In this document: piece after piece, positions 38,645 to 47,706 of the stretch
How positions within the stretch are numbered: the first letter of the stretch is position 1
Layout of the letters: each line of letters opens with the position of its first letter
Source of the DNA: a virus
Virus record (IMG/VR): IMGVR_UViG_3300045988_115450
Coordinates: 1-64,000 of that record
Strand: one strand, 5' to 3'
DNA: 64,000 nt
Notes under the pieces: generated by a model
Told to the model about the DNA's origin: nothing
Databases searched by the model: none
What the model saw: the letters and a program-made list of their open reading frames with translations, nothing else
Made by a program: the position numbers and the translations under genes

Positions 38645-38829
38645 TTGTCACCTCTAGCAACCAGATTTTTATATCTGGAACGTGAATATCGACCGTATTC
38701 ACCTCTAATACGCTTCTGCCACTTAATCCAATTATCCATTTTCTTCGCCGCTTTATATTTTTCGCAAAAACTATGGCATCCTACCTCTCTACTTTCGCAG
38801 CCTTTACACGGATACACCATCTTTACCAC
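38632..38829 (-). CDS. Cys-rich small protein
   Basis: CKGCESREVGCHSFC. Confidence 0.4.
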   Translation of the reverse strand: MVKMVYPCKGCESREVGCHSFCEKYKAAKKMDNWIKWQKRIRGEYGRYSRSRYKNLVARGDKWGC

Positions 38830-39248
38830 CCATCTTTCGTGTATACATCCAGCAGCCGCATTCTATCCTTGCCACGCCAAATAAGATACGGAAGCTCGAA
38901 CTCCTCATATCGTGTGTAACCAATAAATCCATACGTTATTACATACGGGAAAATAAAATCCAAGAATTTAGAAATTTCTCCATCATAGTTTTTTAAATTA
39001 CATCTCACATTTAAATTATAGCGTTTTGTGATGACATCGTAGGTTATCGAACTATCGGTTATGCCATCAAAATAGTAACTATCACTCACCAGCATATACC
39101 GCCATCCTTCAGTTTGAAACAGCGGATGATCTGGAATATCGACATCCACTTCTTCATCGCCAAGCATGTAATTAAGAACCTTGATTACACTGTCAGGCGT
39201 CGAGGGCGCTAAGTCCACCCCGATATTTAACTCCGTATACATTCCCAT
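38823..39248 (-). CDS. Hypothetical protein
   Basis: 141-aa ORF. Confidence 0.45.
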   Translation of the reverse strand: MGMYTELNIGVDLAPSTPDSVIKVLNYMLGDEEVDVDIPDHPLFQTEGWRYMLVSDSYYFDGITDSSITYDVITKRYNLNVRCNLKNYDGEISKFLDFIFPYVITYGFIGYTRYEEFELPYLIWRGKDRMRLLDVYTKDGW

Positions 39249-39268
39249 AATTCCACGTCCTCGTTCTC

Positions 39269-39946
39269 TTACTGAATAATCATTTCGTCCGCAAAGATTT
39301 TTTCACGCTGACTAGCATCAATCTTCTCCAGATTTACCGGCAGAATACCTGCAATGCCAATACTAGTCTCAATCATCAGCATACCAAGCCTATCTTTGTA
39401 GTATACTTTTGCCACACTGCCGTCATTAACAATACTAAACGCTCTATCCAACAGCGACATCTTGTATCCTCCATCCTTATACCGGAGCATATAGCGAAAG
39501 TCTTGCTTCATCTCTGCCTTCTTGAGTTTATATCCTTTGGATTTCGCTTCCGCGAGCACTTTGTTAAGGTCAACTCGGTCTACCTCTGTGTAATTGGTGT
39601 AGTTCACAAACCCGTCCAGCCTAAAATACGGGCCATGTTCTTCCTCGTTATATGTATCCATCTCACCAAGAGGTTCCTTAGTAATCACAAAGGAATAACC
39701 GTCCATAAAACCGTTGTAAATTTCCCCATTCACTTTAACGTTGTCACACGGGTAGTGACAACACGGATTTGGCTTATCTGCATACTTAAAGTACCGCTTC
39801 ATAGCAGCGTAACGCTCTTTCGCGCCAACATTTTTCTTCAAACTGTCCTGATAGATTTCATCAGTCAACAAGCTTTTAAGCTCGTCAATCCGCCCTTCTT
39901 TCAACATTTCAAGTACAACTGTATTTTTCATATTTACTCCTTTCAA
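39269..39946 (-). CDS. Hypothetical protein
   Basis: 225-aa ORF. Confidence 0.45.
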   Translation of the reverse strand: MKGVNMKNTVVLEMLKEGRIDELKSLLTDEIYQDSLKKNVGAKERYAAMKRYFKYADKPNPCCHYPCDNVKVNGEIYNGFMDGYSFVITKEPLGEMDTYNEEEHGPYFRLDGFVNYTNYTEVDRVDLNKVLAEAKSKGYKLKKAEMKQDFRYMLRYKDGGYKMSLLDRAFSIVNDGSVAKVYYKDRLGMLMIETSIGIAGILPVNLEKIDASQREKIFADEMIIQ

Positions 39947-39956
39947 ATTATCTTTT

Positions 39957-40184
39957 TTAATTGCTTACCAATCTAACCTTACTTTTTCTTACATAGATTC
40001 CGACATCACCTTCTCCGTCAATCGAATCAAGCGTAACATAAATTTTCTTATCATACTTTTTTGGTGTTACCTCTACTGTACCTTCCGTAACAACTCTACA
40101 ATTATAATCATGAATCCAAAGTTCCGATGTATCACCAGAAATATAAACTCTATCTCCTGCCTTGAACATATTTAAATCCTTCAC
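39957..40184 (-). CDS. Hypothetical protein
   Basis: 75-aa ORF. Confidence 0.4.
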   Translation of the reverse strand: MKDLNMFKAGDRVYISGDTSELWIHDYNCRVVTEGTVEVTPKKYDKKIYVTLDSIDGEGDVGIYVRKSKVRLVSN

Positions 40185-40207
40185 TTAAAAATTACATTTT
40201 TATAGAG

Positions 40208-40447
40208 TCACTCAATATAGCCATCATAAATCAGGACTTCCGACCATCCTTTAATATTGATTGAGTCATGTAAAATAATATCTCCGTATTTATTCTTGAA
40301 ATCCATAAGCTCCTCCAGAGAGTTTATCTCAACAGTCCAGAACTTTTTTTCTTTTTTACTAATACCATCGAAGAGCATCATTTGTTTTGATTCTTCGCAG
40401 GGGCAACCAGTACCCCACAAACTTACTCTATTAACAATAAAGGTCAT
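40208..40447 (-). CDS. Hypothetical protein
   Basis: 79-aa ORF. Confidence 0.4.
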   Translation of the reverse strand: MTFIVNRVSLWGTGCPCEESKQMMLFDGISKKEKKFWTVEINSLEELMDFKNKYGDIILHDSINIKGWSEVLIYDGYIE

Positions 40448-40470
40448 AAAATTCCTCCTAAACCATCTTG

Positions 40471-40743
40471 TTAAAACATGTAATACGTGCCATCTTCGTC
40501 GAACACAAGACGCTCACTTCCGTCCAGAATAATATACTCTTCAAGTAGGATATCAACGTCAACGTCAACACATTGAATATCAAAAACTTCATTGGTTTCC
40601 GTATCCACTTTGCAATCAGTAGTTATAGTCACGCCTCCGCCCCACACCGTTACAAACTTAGCATCTTTAACCATAGCAGCCTCCTTCATAAGCTCATAAG
40701 CCACACGAACAAATCCTCCTGATAACCCTTCTTGTAACCACAA
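40471..40743 (-). CDS. Hypothetical protein
   Basis: 90-aa ORF. Confidence 0.4.
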   Translation of the reverse strand: MWLQEGLSGGFVRVAYELMKEAAMVKDAKFVTVWGGGVTITTDCKVDTETNEVFDIQCVDVDVDILLEEYIILDGSERLVFDEDGTYYMF

Positions 40744-40884
40744 CTCTACAACTCACTCATCCACTAATCCCATAGAAGATAAAAGACTTCTTTGAATAGA
40801 TCAAAGAAGTCGTTCTTGTATTTGTCGGCCATATTTTGTGCCCACATATCTCTCTCTAGCAGGCTCATCTCTTCGGGAGCCTTC

Positions 40885-41133
40885 TCAAACCATTCTGATT
40901 CCCGCATATTCTTCATCAGTATATCCGCCTGGGATTCCCCATCGTGTATCTGAGTATCTGGTCATTACTCTCGTCATCGTTTTGATGAACCAAAGTGACA
41001 TATCATATTCCGCTTCTCTGGTGAATCCGTATTTCAGAAGGTACTTCCGCTCTTTAAAGTAATAAGGTATCCCAAACACGTTCCGCCACCAGTGAATACT
41101 TTCATGTTGAAAACTTTTCTTCCAATCTACCAT
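40885..41133 (-). CDS. Hypothetical protein
   Basis: 82-aa ORF. Confidence 0.4.
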   Translation of the reverse strand: MVDWKKSFQHESIHWWRNVFGIPYYFKERKYLLKYGFTREAEYDMSLWFIKTMTRVMTRYSDTRWGIPGGYTDEEYAGIRMV

Positions 41134-41162
41134 ATAGTACCTCCAGCATAGCTGCTTTAAGA

Positions 41163-41402
41163 TTACTCATTACCCTTCTTGTCTTTCTGCTCGCCGCCAT
41201 TTTCCTTCACACAAATCGGAAGCCGCCGAACATGGTAGTCCTTTCTTTCTCTTACCACGTTATACTTCTCACAGGTGTGTGTCGGGTATGGATGAGTCCC
41301 AGGGAGTCCGTACATGGCAGCGAGAGAGCTAGAGATACCAGCTCTGTACTTAGAGAATCTACACTCATTACACAATACTGTTTTAGTTTTCATATATGAC
41401 AC
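41163..41402 (-). CDS. Cys-rich small protein immediately downstream of the RT
   Basis: CNEC...HTCEK...C. There is a 9-nt gap after the RT stop. Confidence 0.45.
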   Translation of the reverse strand: MSYMKTKTVLCNECRFSKYRAGISSSLAAMYGLPGTHPYPTHTCEKYNVVRERKDYHVRRLPICVKENGGEQKDKKGNE

Positions 41403-41410
41403 CTCGTCCT

Positions 41411-42577
41411 TTAGTTTTTGAGATCCTTCTTCATCGTGGCTTCAATATCAAAGCCAAACTTCTGACTATAGCGAGTGATAACTCCATCAATACTTCCTCT
41501 GTTAACCATTCGATAGTAGCTCATAAGACCGAGCACATATTGCAGTTGCTCAAGAGGCCAATAAGTTCCGCTCTTTCTGTCCTTCGCGTAATTGAAAAGC
41601 ATCGCCTCGAAGTTGCGCTTCTTCTTATACCCAATCGTGATCTGGTTGTCCTTGTTGATCATCACACCGAGTACCCAATTCTTATGATACGAGGGGCCGT
41701 AATGAGTTTTCTCATCTTTGATGAGATAACTGGCCCCGAAAAGTCTAAACAGATTTTCAATCTTTCTGATAATGAAGCTCTTATCAAACTCAATACCACA
41801 GCTGATGTTCATATCATCAGCATATCTGGTATACGCGAACCTTCTACCCTTTTCATCAGGGTTGTTTTCCGGGTTCTGCAGGCTACGCAGAAACTTACTG
41901 AACTCAAAATCAAACGGAATCATAATCAGATTGGTCAGCATCGGGCTGATCGGCGTTCCCATAGGTAGACCTCCATCCAGGAAGCAAAGCGACAGAGCTT
42001 TTCTAAGCTCTTCTCTCCCGCTTTTGCACTCCATAATGAGACAGAACGGGTAAATCATAGACAGCGCGTTCCATACAAACTCCGGAGTGGTATTAGGAAA
42101 GAAACCGCTGATGTCAGTCTTTAAATACCACTTGCTCTTATTCCACTGATGGACTTTTGCGGCGTCTACACTACTTCTGTTTTTGACATAAGCGTATGCA
42201 GCGGCATGGCTGCTCGCATAAAACTCAGATTCTAACAGCAGTTTTAGCTCTCGCAGACAATTCATCAGTTCGTCGTCCGGCGCGTTAATCTCTCTCATGC
42301 CGCCGCTCTTTTTCGGGATAAAAAACTTATGGTAATGTGTATGAAGATCGCTTTCAAGCAGTTCCTGATGCTTTTTGTTAAATGCTCTCAGTAGTTCAAT
42401 CTTTTTCCCCGTGTCAAACCCTGCCAGGATTCTCTCGGGCAGTCTCTCATATGCAACTGTTCTAGTATATAGAGATCTCGATTCCCTCACATGTTTATCT
42501 TGAAGCAGCGCAGACATAATATCCTCTAAAGAAATCTGCTTATACGGCTCTGTAATTCTTGCTGTTACATAAATCAT
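41411..42577 (-). CDS. Reverse transcriptase, retron-type
   Basis: KKSGGMREINAP (motifs 1-2), YAYVKNRS, LKTDISGFFPN, GLPMGTPISPMLTN, YTRYADDMNIS (YADD), then NWVLGVMINKDNQITIG (retron VTG-like region) and LGLMSYYRMVN. Confidence 0.85.
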   Translation of the reverse strand: MIYVTARITEPYKQISLEDIMSALLQDKHVRESRSLYTRTVAYERLPERILAGFDTGKKIELLRAFNKKHQELLESDLHTHYHKFFIPKKSGGMREINAPDDELMNCLRELKLLLESEFYASSHAAAYAYVKNRSSVDAAKVHQWNKSKWYLKTDISGFFPNTTPEFVWNALSMIYPFCLIMECKSGREELRKALSLCFLDGGLPMGTPISPMLTNLIMIPFDFEFSKFLRSLQNPENNPDEKGRRFAYTRYADDMNISCGIEFDKSFIIRKIENLFRLFGASYLIKDEKTHYGPSYHKNWVLGVMINKDNQITIGYKKKRNFEAMLFNYAKDRKSGTYWPLEQLQYVLGLMSYYRMVNRGSIDGVITRYSQKFGFDIEATMKKDLKN

Positions 42578-42594
42578 ATTATTCTCCTTGCTTT

Positions 42595-42935
42595 TATCTG
42601 AAACTATATATGGATTTGGATGTCAGTACGAGATGCTCATCGCGGAGCTTGTCGTCGTCTGAGACGGTGAAATCCCTGACTTGGCGTTTATTGTTTGCCG
42701 GATACCCCTGCTGGTGGCGGATGTTGACCCTGTCGAACGAATATCCTTCTGGTTTTTCCTGTTGTTCGGGCGCTGCTTCTCATCAGAGAAGATGCCACCG
42801 GGGTGTTAAGCCTTCTTGGAGGGCACCAAGCATTGGTCTGCTATCGCACGCAGCGGGGTTCCTCTTTCGGACGATGTGCCACTCTTCCGTTCCGGTAAGA
42901 GTTTCTATTTTTTTAAATAGAAAGTGCTTTCAGAT
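42595..42935 (-). ncRNA. Structured RNA copy A (about 341 nt) directly 5' of the RT; retron msr/msd-like candidate
   Basis: 9-bp closing helix (42595-42603 / 42927-42935). On the minus strand this is followed by G, hairpin 42901-42923 and hairpin 42881-42900. Homologous to 48537-48883. The only ORF here is a junk-like antisense one. Confidence 0.65.
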
Positions 42936-43037
42936 ATTTAGATTGAATTGGTTGTTAGCAGGCGTGCCATTCCCCTGCATCTCTTTAGCCATTAAGGCGC
43001 GTGGCGACACGAAATTTCCACCTCAAACAACCAATAT

Positions 43038-43706
43038 TTAATATGCTTCCATAGTAAAATCAAAGGCGTCGATCAAAACTATCTTCTTGATCGAACGCCC
43101 ATTCACAAAATTCATGAAGTTTGCTACTGCACAAGAGCAAATCATCCGCACAGAAGGAGCGATACTAAGCTCCAGGTTACATGCAGATCGAGGAGTTTCA
43201 GCCAGAGCTTCCTCTTGAGTAAACTGCATGGAGTTAATCAGATTTTCAACCATCGCACTAGAACTCCAGTCAGCCGCAAAGTGTTGCGCGTCCGTCAGCC
43301 GAAGTCTGGTATCAAACACAGCTTTGATATACGGGTTTCTAGCATTTTCTTCGCAAATTTTTCTGCGGAGATCAATGTTGTCCACCATAAGGAAGACATA
43401 GCCGGACAGACGCTGGTTGGTATACCCCTCCTGAACTACTTCAATACCATTTGCATCAGGATTGATACTCAACATCATATCTTTCACGGCTTCAGCTTTA
43501 TTTCTACCGATGTCGCTATCATTGAACATCTGATTCGCGATATTGTGCGACTCAACCTTGTCAAAATCGTACAGAGTGACCTTCTCAAGCCCAGCTCTTG
43601 CCAACAATTCGGCTACAGTGGAACCGGACGCACCACAACCGATGATATGTACTCTTTCTTTAACCTTCGTGGGATTAAAGAACTCAATACTCTTCGATAA
43701 ATTCAT
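43038..43706 (-). CDS. Minimal ThiF/MoeB/E1-like adenylyltransferase
   Basis: HIIGCGASGSTVAELLARAGLEKVTLYDFDKVESHNIANQMF..DIGRNKAEA (Rossmann GxGxxG plus the E1 DxD..N..RQ-like region). Confidence 0.8.
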   Translation of the reverse strand: MNLSKSIEFFNPTKVKERVHIIGCGASGSTVAELLARAGLEKVTLYDFDKVESHNIANQMFNDSDIGRNKAEAVKDMMLSINPDANGIEVVQEGYTNQRLSGYVFLMVDNIDLRRKICEENARNPYIKAVFDTRLRLTDAQHFAADWSSSAMVENLINSMQFTQEEALAETPRSACNLELSIAPSVRMICSCAVANFMNFVNGRSIKKIVLIDAFDFTMEAY

Positions 43707-43718
43707 CTTTATACCTCC

Positions 43719-43997
43719 TTATAGCATTAAACAATTCAAAAATACATCACTATCGACTTTACTTTCAATCGGCTCAAACATCCAAGAAGCCCAAGCAACA
43801 AATCTTAATTTGCCTCTTTCTTCAATGCAAATACGTTCAACTTGAATGCCGTTAATCAAGGATGTCAATGAGCGCACTGTTATGATCTTACCGCAATAGC
43901 GCGTTTTATCCCCTTCAAATATCCCGTGATCATTTTTAGAAAGAATCGCCGTTCCACTACCTGTATCTACGGAAAACAGATCAGGGTCAGACATCAT
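43719..43997 (-). CDS. Tail-family paralog P1 (divergent), C-terminus ...FLNCLML
   Basis: Shares the C-terminal tail with P2-P5. A 16-aa N-terminal remnant ORF (MKLEDMYVGQKVRVRS) lies just upstream at 44004-44054. Confidence 0.5.
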   Translation of the reverse strand: MMSDPDLFSVDTGSGTAILSKNDHGIFEGDKTRYCGKIITVRSLTSLINGIQVERICIEERGKLRFVAWASWMFEPIESKVDSDVFLNCLML

Positions 43998-44061
43998 GTC
44001 TTCCTAACTCCTCACCCTGACCTTCTGCCCAACATACATATCTTCAAGTTTCATACGTCAC

Positions 44062-44394
44062 CTACAACAACAAACAGTTCATAAAAACCTGCTCATCAAT
44101 AGATTGCTTTAACCGCAACACACTTTTATAGAAAGACATCTCTTTTTTGCTAACCCTTACCCTGTACCAACCGCCAAGTTCATACTCAACGATCTCGCCG
44201 CCGTCTCTTATAAACTCTCTGAGGCAAGGATCGCCCTCCGCGTACATCACATCGTCGGCGTATATAAATCTTTCGTTTGTGATGATGTCTACGCTCTGCG
44301 ACACAGCCCCATTCGGAAATACCGCCCGTAAGTTATCATTAAATTCATCCCACGTTTTTGGAATAAACTCAACCCGCTGCCCAGGTCTAAACAT
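44062..44394 (-). CDS. Tail-family paralog P2, C-terminus ...FMNCLLL
   Basis: MFRPGQRVEF..WDEF...GGWYRV...FYKSVL...DEQVFMNCLLL. Confidence 0.6.
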   Translation of the reverse strand: MFRPGQRVEFIPKTWDEFNDNLRAVFPNGAVSQSVDIITNERFIYADDVMYAEGDPCLREFIRDGGEIVEYELGGWYRVRVSKKEMSFYKSVLRLKQSIDEQVFMNCLLL

Positions 44395-44403
44395 TATATC
44401 ACC

Positions 44404-44745
44404 TCACAATAATAAGCAATTTATGAACAATTTTTCATCAATTGACCTCATGTCTTCTTTCAGACACAACACGCTTTCGTGAAATTTCAGTTTTACTCCA
44501 TTTATATTCACCATATACCAACCAGTAGCATAGTACTTGATAATCTCACCTCCATTTATTAGAAGCTCGTTAAACCAAGAATCGCCTTCCCCATAAAGCA
44601 CCCCTGCAACCAATATCATTTCTCTATGAGTAGTTGAGAATTCATCTAATATCATATCTCTCGCAAACAACTCCATTAAAGCATCCCGAAATTCATCCCA
44701 TGACTTTGGGGCAAGCGTAACTTTCTGTCCAAGTTCAAACATCAT
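44404..44745 (-). CDS. Tail-family paralog P3, C-terminus ...FINCLLL
   Basis: MMFELGQKVTL..WDEF...TGWYMV...FHESVL...DEKLFINCLLL. Confidence 0.6.
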   Translation of the reverse strand: MMFELGQKVTLAPKSWDEFRDALMELFARDMILDEFSTTHREMILVAGVLYGEGDSWFNELLINGGEIIKYYATGWYMVNINGVKLKFHESVLCLKEDMRSIDEKLFINCLLL

Positions 44746-44752
44746 ATTACCT

Positions 44753-45082
44753 CTATAGCAGCAAACAATTCATAAGTACCTCTTCGTCAACATATGCTTC
44801 TTCCATCGACCGTAGCATCGTCTCATAGAACCACGCTCTTTCTCCGCCAAAGTCTACAATGTACCAACCACACTCGAAGTCTAATTCAATCACGCCACTC
44901 ATCCTGCGTAACTTATAAAAATCGGGAGCGCTATATCCTGCTGCACTAGCTGCAAGATACCCAGTGGTATCACAGCTCGTAAACCTTTTTGCGCTGCGAG
45001 GAAGATGCTTTAGGTAAGCGCTGCAAAACTCATCCCAGCTCCTCAATGCTATCCTGACTCGTTGTCCGATCTCGAACATCAT
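44753..45082 (-). CDS. Tail-family paralog P4, C-terminus ...LMNCLLL
   Basis: Start reassigned to MMFEIGQRVRI, preceded by RBS GAGGAG. CGWYIV...FYETML...DEEVLMNCLLL. Confidence 0.6.
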   Translation of the reverse strand: MMFEIGQRVRIALRSWDEFCSAYLKHLPRSAKRFTSCDTTGYLAASAAGYSAPDFYKLRRMSGVIELDFECGWYIVDFGGERAWFYETMLRSMEEAYVDEEVLMNCLLL

Positions 45083-45092
45083 ATCAACTCCT

Positions 45093-45437
45093 CTATAACA
45101 GCAGGCAATCCATAAGTGTCTTTTCGTCAACACTTTTTTCTTTTAATTGACACGGCGCTGTTTCGCCCGGCCCACCCACCAAACACTCATCTCTTACTTC
45201 GCCAAAGTCAACGCGCCAAATCCAATAGTCATCCGGTTCCAGATAAATTGTCGCTCCGTATTTATCTGGAGCATTAAAATTGTCACCTTCAATCATTTCG
45301 CATCCATCATCGACGCATTCTTGAAACACTGAATGAAACCTACGTTTCACGTGTTCCACCGCACTCTCCAAATTCCAATAAACACCGGATAAATCAATAC
45401 CCTGGTCTGTTTCTGTTATCACACAATATACCTTCAT
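45093..45437 (-). CDS. Tail-family paralog P5 (divergent body), C-terminus ...LMDCLLL
   Basis: Start reassigned to MKVYCVI, preceded by RBS AAAGGAGAAG. The tail is VDEKTLMDCLLL. Confidence 0.55.
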   Translation of the reverse strand: MKVYCVITETDQGIDLSGVYWNLESAVEHVKRRFHSVFQECVDDGCEMIEGDNFNAPDKYGATIYLEPDDYWIWRVDFGEVRDECLVGGPGETAPCQLKEKSVDEKTLMDCLLL

Positions 45438-45611
45438 ACCGGTCTTCTCCTTTCTTATGTACCTCTGAACAGCTAACCAGCTGTTTAAGTTCAAAAGTTT
45501 TCTGCTCTGGGAGTAGGAAAACTTTTGAAGCGACACAGCCATTTGTTACTCCCTCGTTCCGACAAGAGTGATATGTAATTTAACATATCTGTACAGGCAC
45601 ATATGTTTTTT

Positions 45612-46298
45612 TTACTTAATTAACATCTTACCGTCACGCCAATCGGGCCGCTCATCAATAATTTTATCTGCGTCCTCCATGAATTCTTCAAGCTCAACCG
45701 CGGCGTTCATAATCCACTCGATGCCATCCTGTACATCACGCACGTCCACCTTCTCAAACCGGTCAATGTTATCGAAAAACCATCTGCACAAATCATATAC
45801 AGCGGGGTTCCATCGTTCCACTGCGAGTTCCACATTGTCGCTTTCGTATAGGATGCCTTCTCTAACATCATAAACCTGTGAAGATATGTAGCCTTTCTTA
45901 TTGAAAATCTGAAAGACGTAGAAATCATCAACGTCTGTCAGCAAATCTGCTCTATACTTTATATCCGTAGAAGATGGACTGACACCCATGTTCACATGAG
46001 AATGCCCGTACAACCGAACCTTATTGAATATCTCCGTGTTAAGAGAATCCTGCCAGTTCACATAGTCCGCATCTTCAGGTTCGGTGCTTGCCGACGTGAC
46101 CTTCTGAGGGAATACCAAGACGTCCTCCACGATAAACTCAGCTGGATTTTCCAACCTTCTTACAACTCCGTGCCATCCAACCTCCAGATTCCTATTCATA
46201 ACAAGCAAACACGTCTTCATCCATGCCTTCTTACTGTATACGATTTTGCACGGATTTGTCGCGGCCAACAAATCCGTTGCATTAGTTGCCTTATTCAT
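45612..46298 (-). CDS. JAB/MPN (JAMM) metallopeptidase
   Basis: Exact JAMM signature HxHx7SxxD (GHSHVNMGVSPSSTD), with an upstream Glu (LEVGWHG). Confidence 0.8.
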   Translation of the reverse strand: MNKATNATDLLAATNPCKIVYSKKAWMKTCLLVMNRNLEVGWHGVVRRLENPAEFIVEDVLVFPQKVTSASTEPEDADYVNWQDSLNTEIFNKVRLYGHSHVNMGVSPSSTDIKYRADLLTDVDDFYVFQIFNKKGYISSQVYDVREGILYESDNVELAVERWNPAVYDLCRWFFDNIDRFEKVDVRDVQDGIEWIMNAAVELEEFMEDADKIIDERPDWRDGKMLIK

Positions 46299-47706
46299 TG
46301 CTCTTATTCTCCTTTATCCATTTAATTGCGTCGATGTAATTAACTACTCGCCCATCCGGCAACTCCAATACTACAGCGCCTTTTCTCAACAACTCTTCAA
46401 GGAATGATCTCAATACGACAGTATCACTAAGATTCAGATTCCCGCTTTCGGCGCACGTCGTGTCTACCGTATAAACGTAGTCACATTTGTCGCAAGATTT
46501 CTCTAGCGCCTGTTGCCAGCTCCCCATGCAACCATATTTATCAAGGTGTGTGTTGGGGAGATAGCTGTTGTATTCACAGCCATACCCATATGCCTTGATG
46601 GGTAGTACCATTCCTCCGAAAGAAAGTCTCCATGCGGAACACATTCTTACTTTGATATTAGAGTCAATGAAAATCCCTGTCATTAACTTTTTAGTATCAC
46701 TTTCTGTCAGGCCCACATACGAAGACCGCGTATAAAAAATCGACGACCGATTGTTGATGTACTCTCTCGCAATCTCTGGATCAAACAGTGTCATATAACC
46801 AGTTACAACATATACGATATTCCCATCTTTGTCACCGCTCTCAACGGACACATTTTTGTTCGACAAAAAATAATCCATTAACTCGTTCTTGCTTTCAACA
46901 TTACTGTTGTCAATTGCTTCCACCAACAAAGACCAACCTTCGTATTCTCTATACCAATCTCTCAAATCGGACATCAATTTATTGATCTGACTTCTTGCAC
47001 TCTCCATCTTCTTTGCGTATCTTTCCCTCTGTACGTTCCTTAGCTTTCCCTCATAGCCATAAAGGTAATATCTCTTTTTAGCTGAGGCCACGTCCACAGC
47101 AGCGGCAACCATATCGTTCATCGCTTTACAGATTACACTCATGCCGGAGTCTTCTTTAGACAGAATCTTAATAAACTTTGACTCCGCTTCAGTCCTGTCT
47201 TTAATGTACCATGGGCAGAATACATTGAAAAGACACACTAGGTAATGCCACGAGCCATAGTTATCCACGTTGGTAAGGACAACCGTACTCTTCCTCTCTT
47301 CATTACTGAAAATTCTCAGTATGATACCGAGTCGTTCTTTCATTAGATTCAGCTCTCTTGCCGTCTTCTCTTTCCAACTGCTCGCACATTTCATATTACT
47401 GACTAAAGTTTCTACGGCCTTAACCTTATCACACACGCAAAATGTAATCGTGTTGTCTTGAGAAGTTACCTCCGAAAAACGCTCTTTGTCTTTTATCCAC
47501 GTAATCCAATCAGCACAATTAGGATCTACCACTCTAACCATGATACGCACGTCCGCCGGAACTCTTGGCTTCAAAAACAACCGAGCCATTGCCAACGCAA
47601 AGTCATCGCCTTTGAACGTCCCGTCACCAGCAATATTAGAAAACTCAGACTCCAGCTCTGGGGCCAGCACTAAAACTTCACTGCGTTTCAAACAATTTGA
47701 AAACAT
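46291..47706 (-). CDS. Large (471-aa) protein of unknown function in the E1/JAB cassette
   Basis: Start reassigned to MFSNCLKRSEV, preceded by RBS AAAGGAGAAG. Cys-rich C-terminal region. Confidence 0.55.
   Translation of the reverse strand: MFSNCLKRSEVLVLAPELESEFSNIAGDGTFKGDDFALAMARLFLKPRVPADVRIMVRVVDPNCADWITWIKDKERFSEVTSQDNTITFCVCDKVKAVETLVSNMKCASSWKEKTARELNLMKERLGIILRIFSNEERKSTVVLTNVDNYGSWHYLVCLFNVFCPWYIKDRTEAESKFIKILSKEDSGMSVICKAMNDMVAAAVDVASAKKRYYLYGYEGKLRNVQRERYAKKMESARSQINKLMSDLRDWYREYEGWSLLVEAIDNSNVESKNELMDYFLSNKNVSVESGDKDGNIVYVVTGYMTLFDPEIAREYINNRSSIFYTRSSYVGLTESDTKKLMTGIFIDSNIKVRMCSAWRLSFGGMVLPIKAYGYGCEYNSYLPNTHLDKYGCMGSWQQALEKSCDKCDYVYTVDTTCAESGNLNLSDTVVLRSFLEELLRKGAVVLELPDGRVVNYIDAIKWIKENKSNE

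Noticed and set aside
42559-43041. 160-aa + strand ORF spanning RNA copy A, together with ORFs 48549-48845 (minus strand) and 48649-48918 (+ strand) spanning RNA copy B.
   Set aside because: The sequences are rich in Cys, Arg, Ser and Trp and look like junk. The two homologous regions do not conserve any reading frame, and substitutions between the copies preserve base pairing rather than codons.
43719-45437. Reading the C-terminal CLLL/CLML as a eukaryote-style CaaX prenylation box.
   Set aside because: It formally fits C-a-a-X. However, a Firmicutes-type phage and host have no known protein prenyltransferase/Rce1 pathway, and the motif extends well upstream of the Cys. The adjacency to the E1/JAB genes offers a more economical hypothesis. 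It is kept only as a remote possibility.
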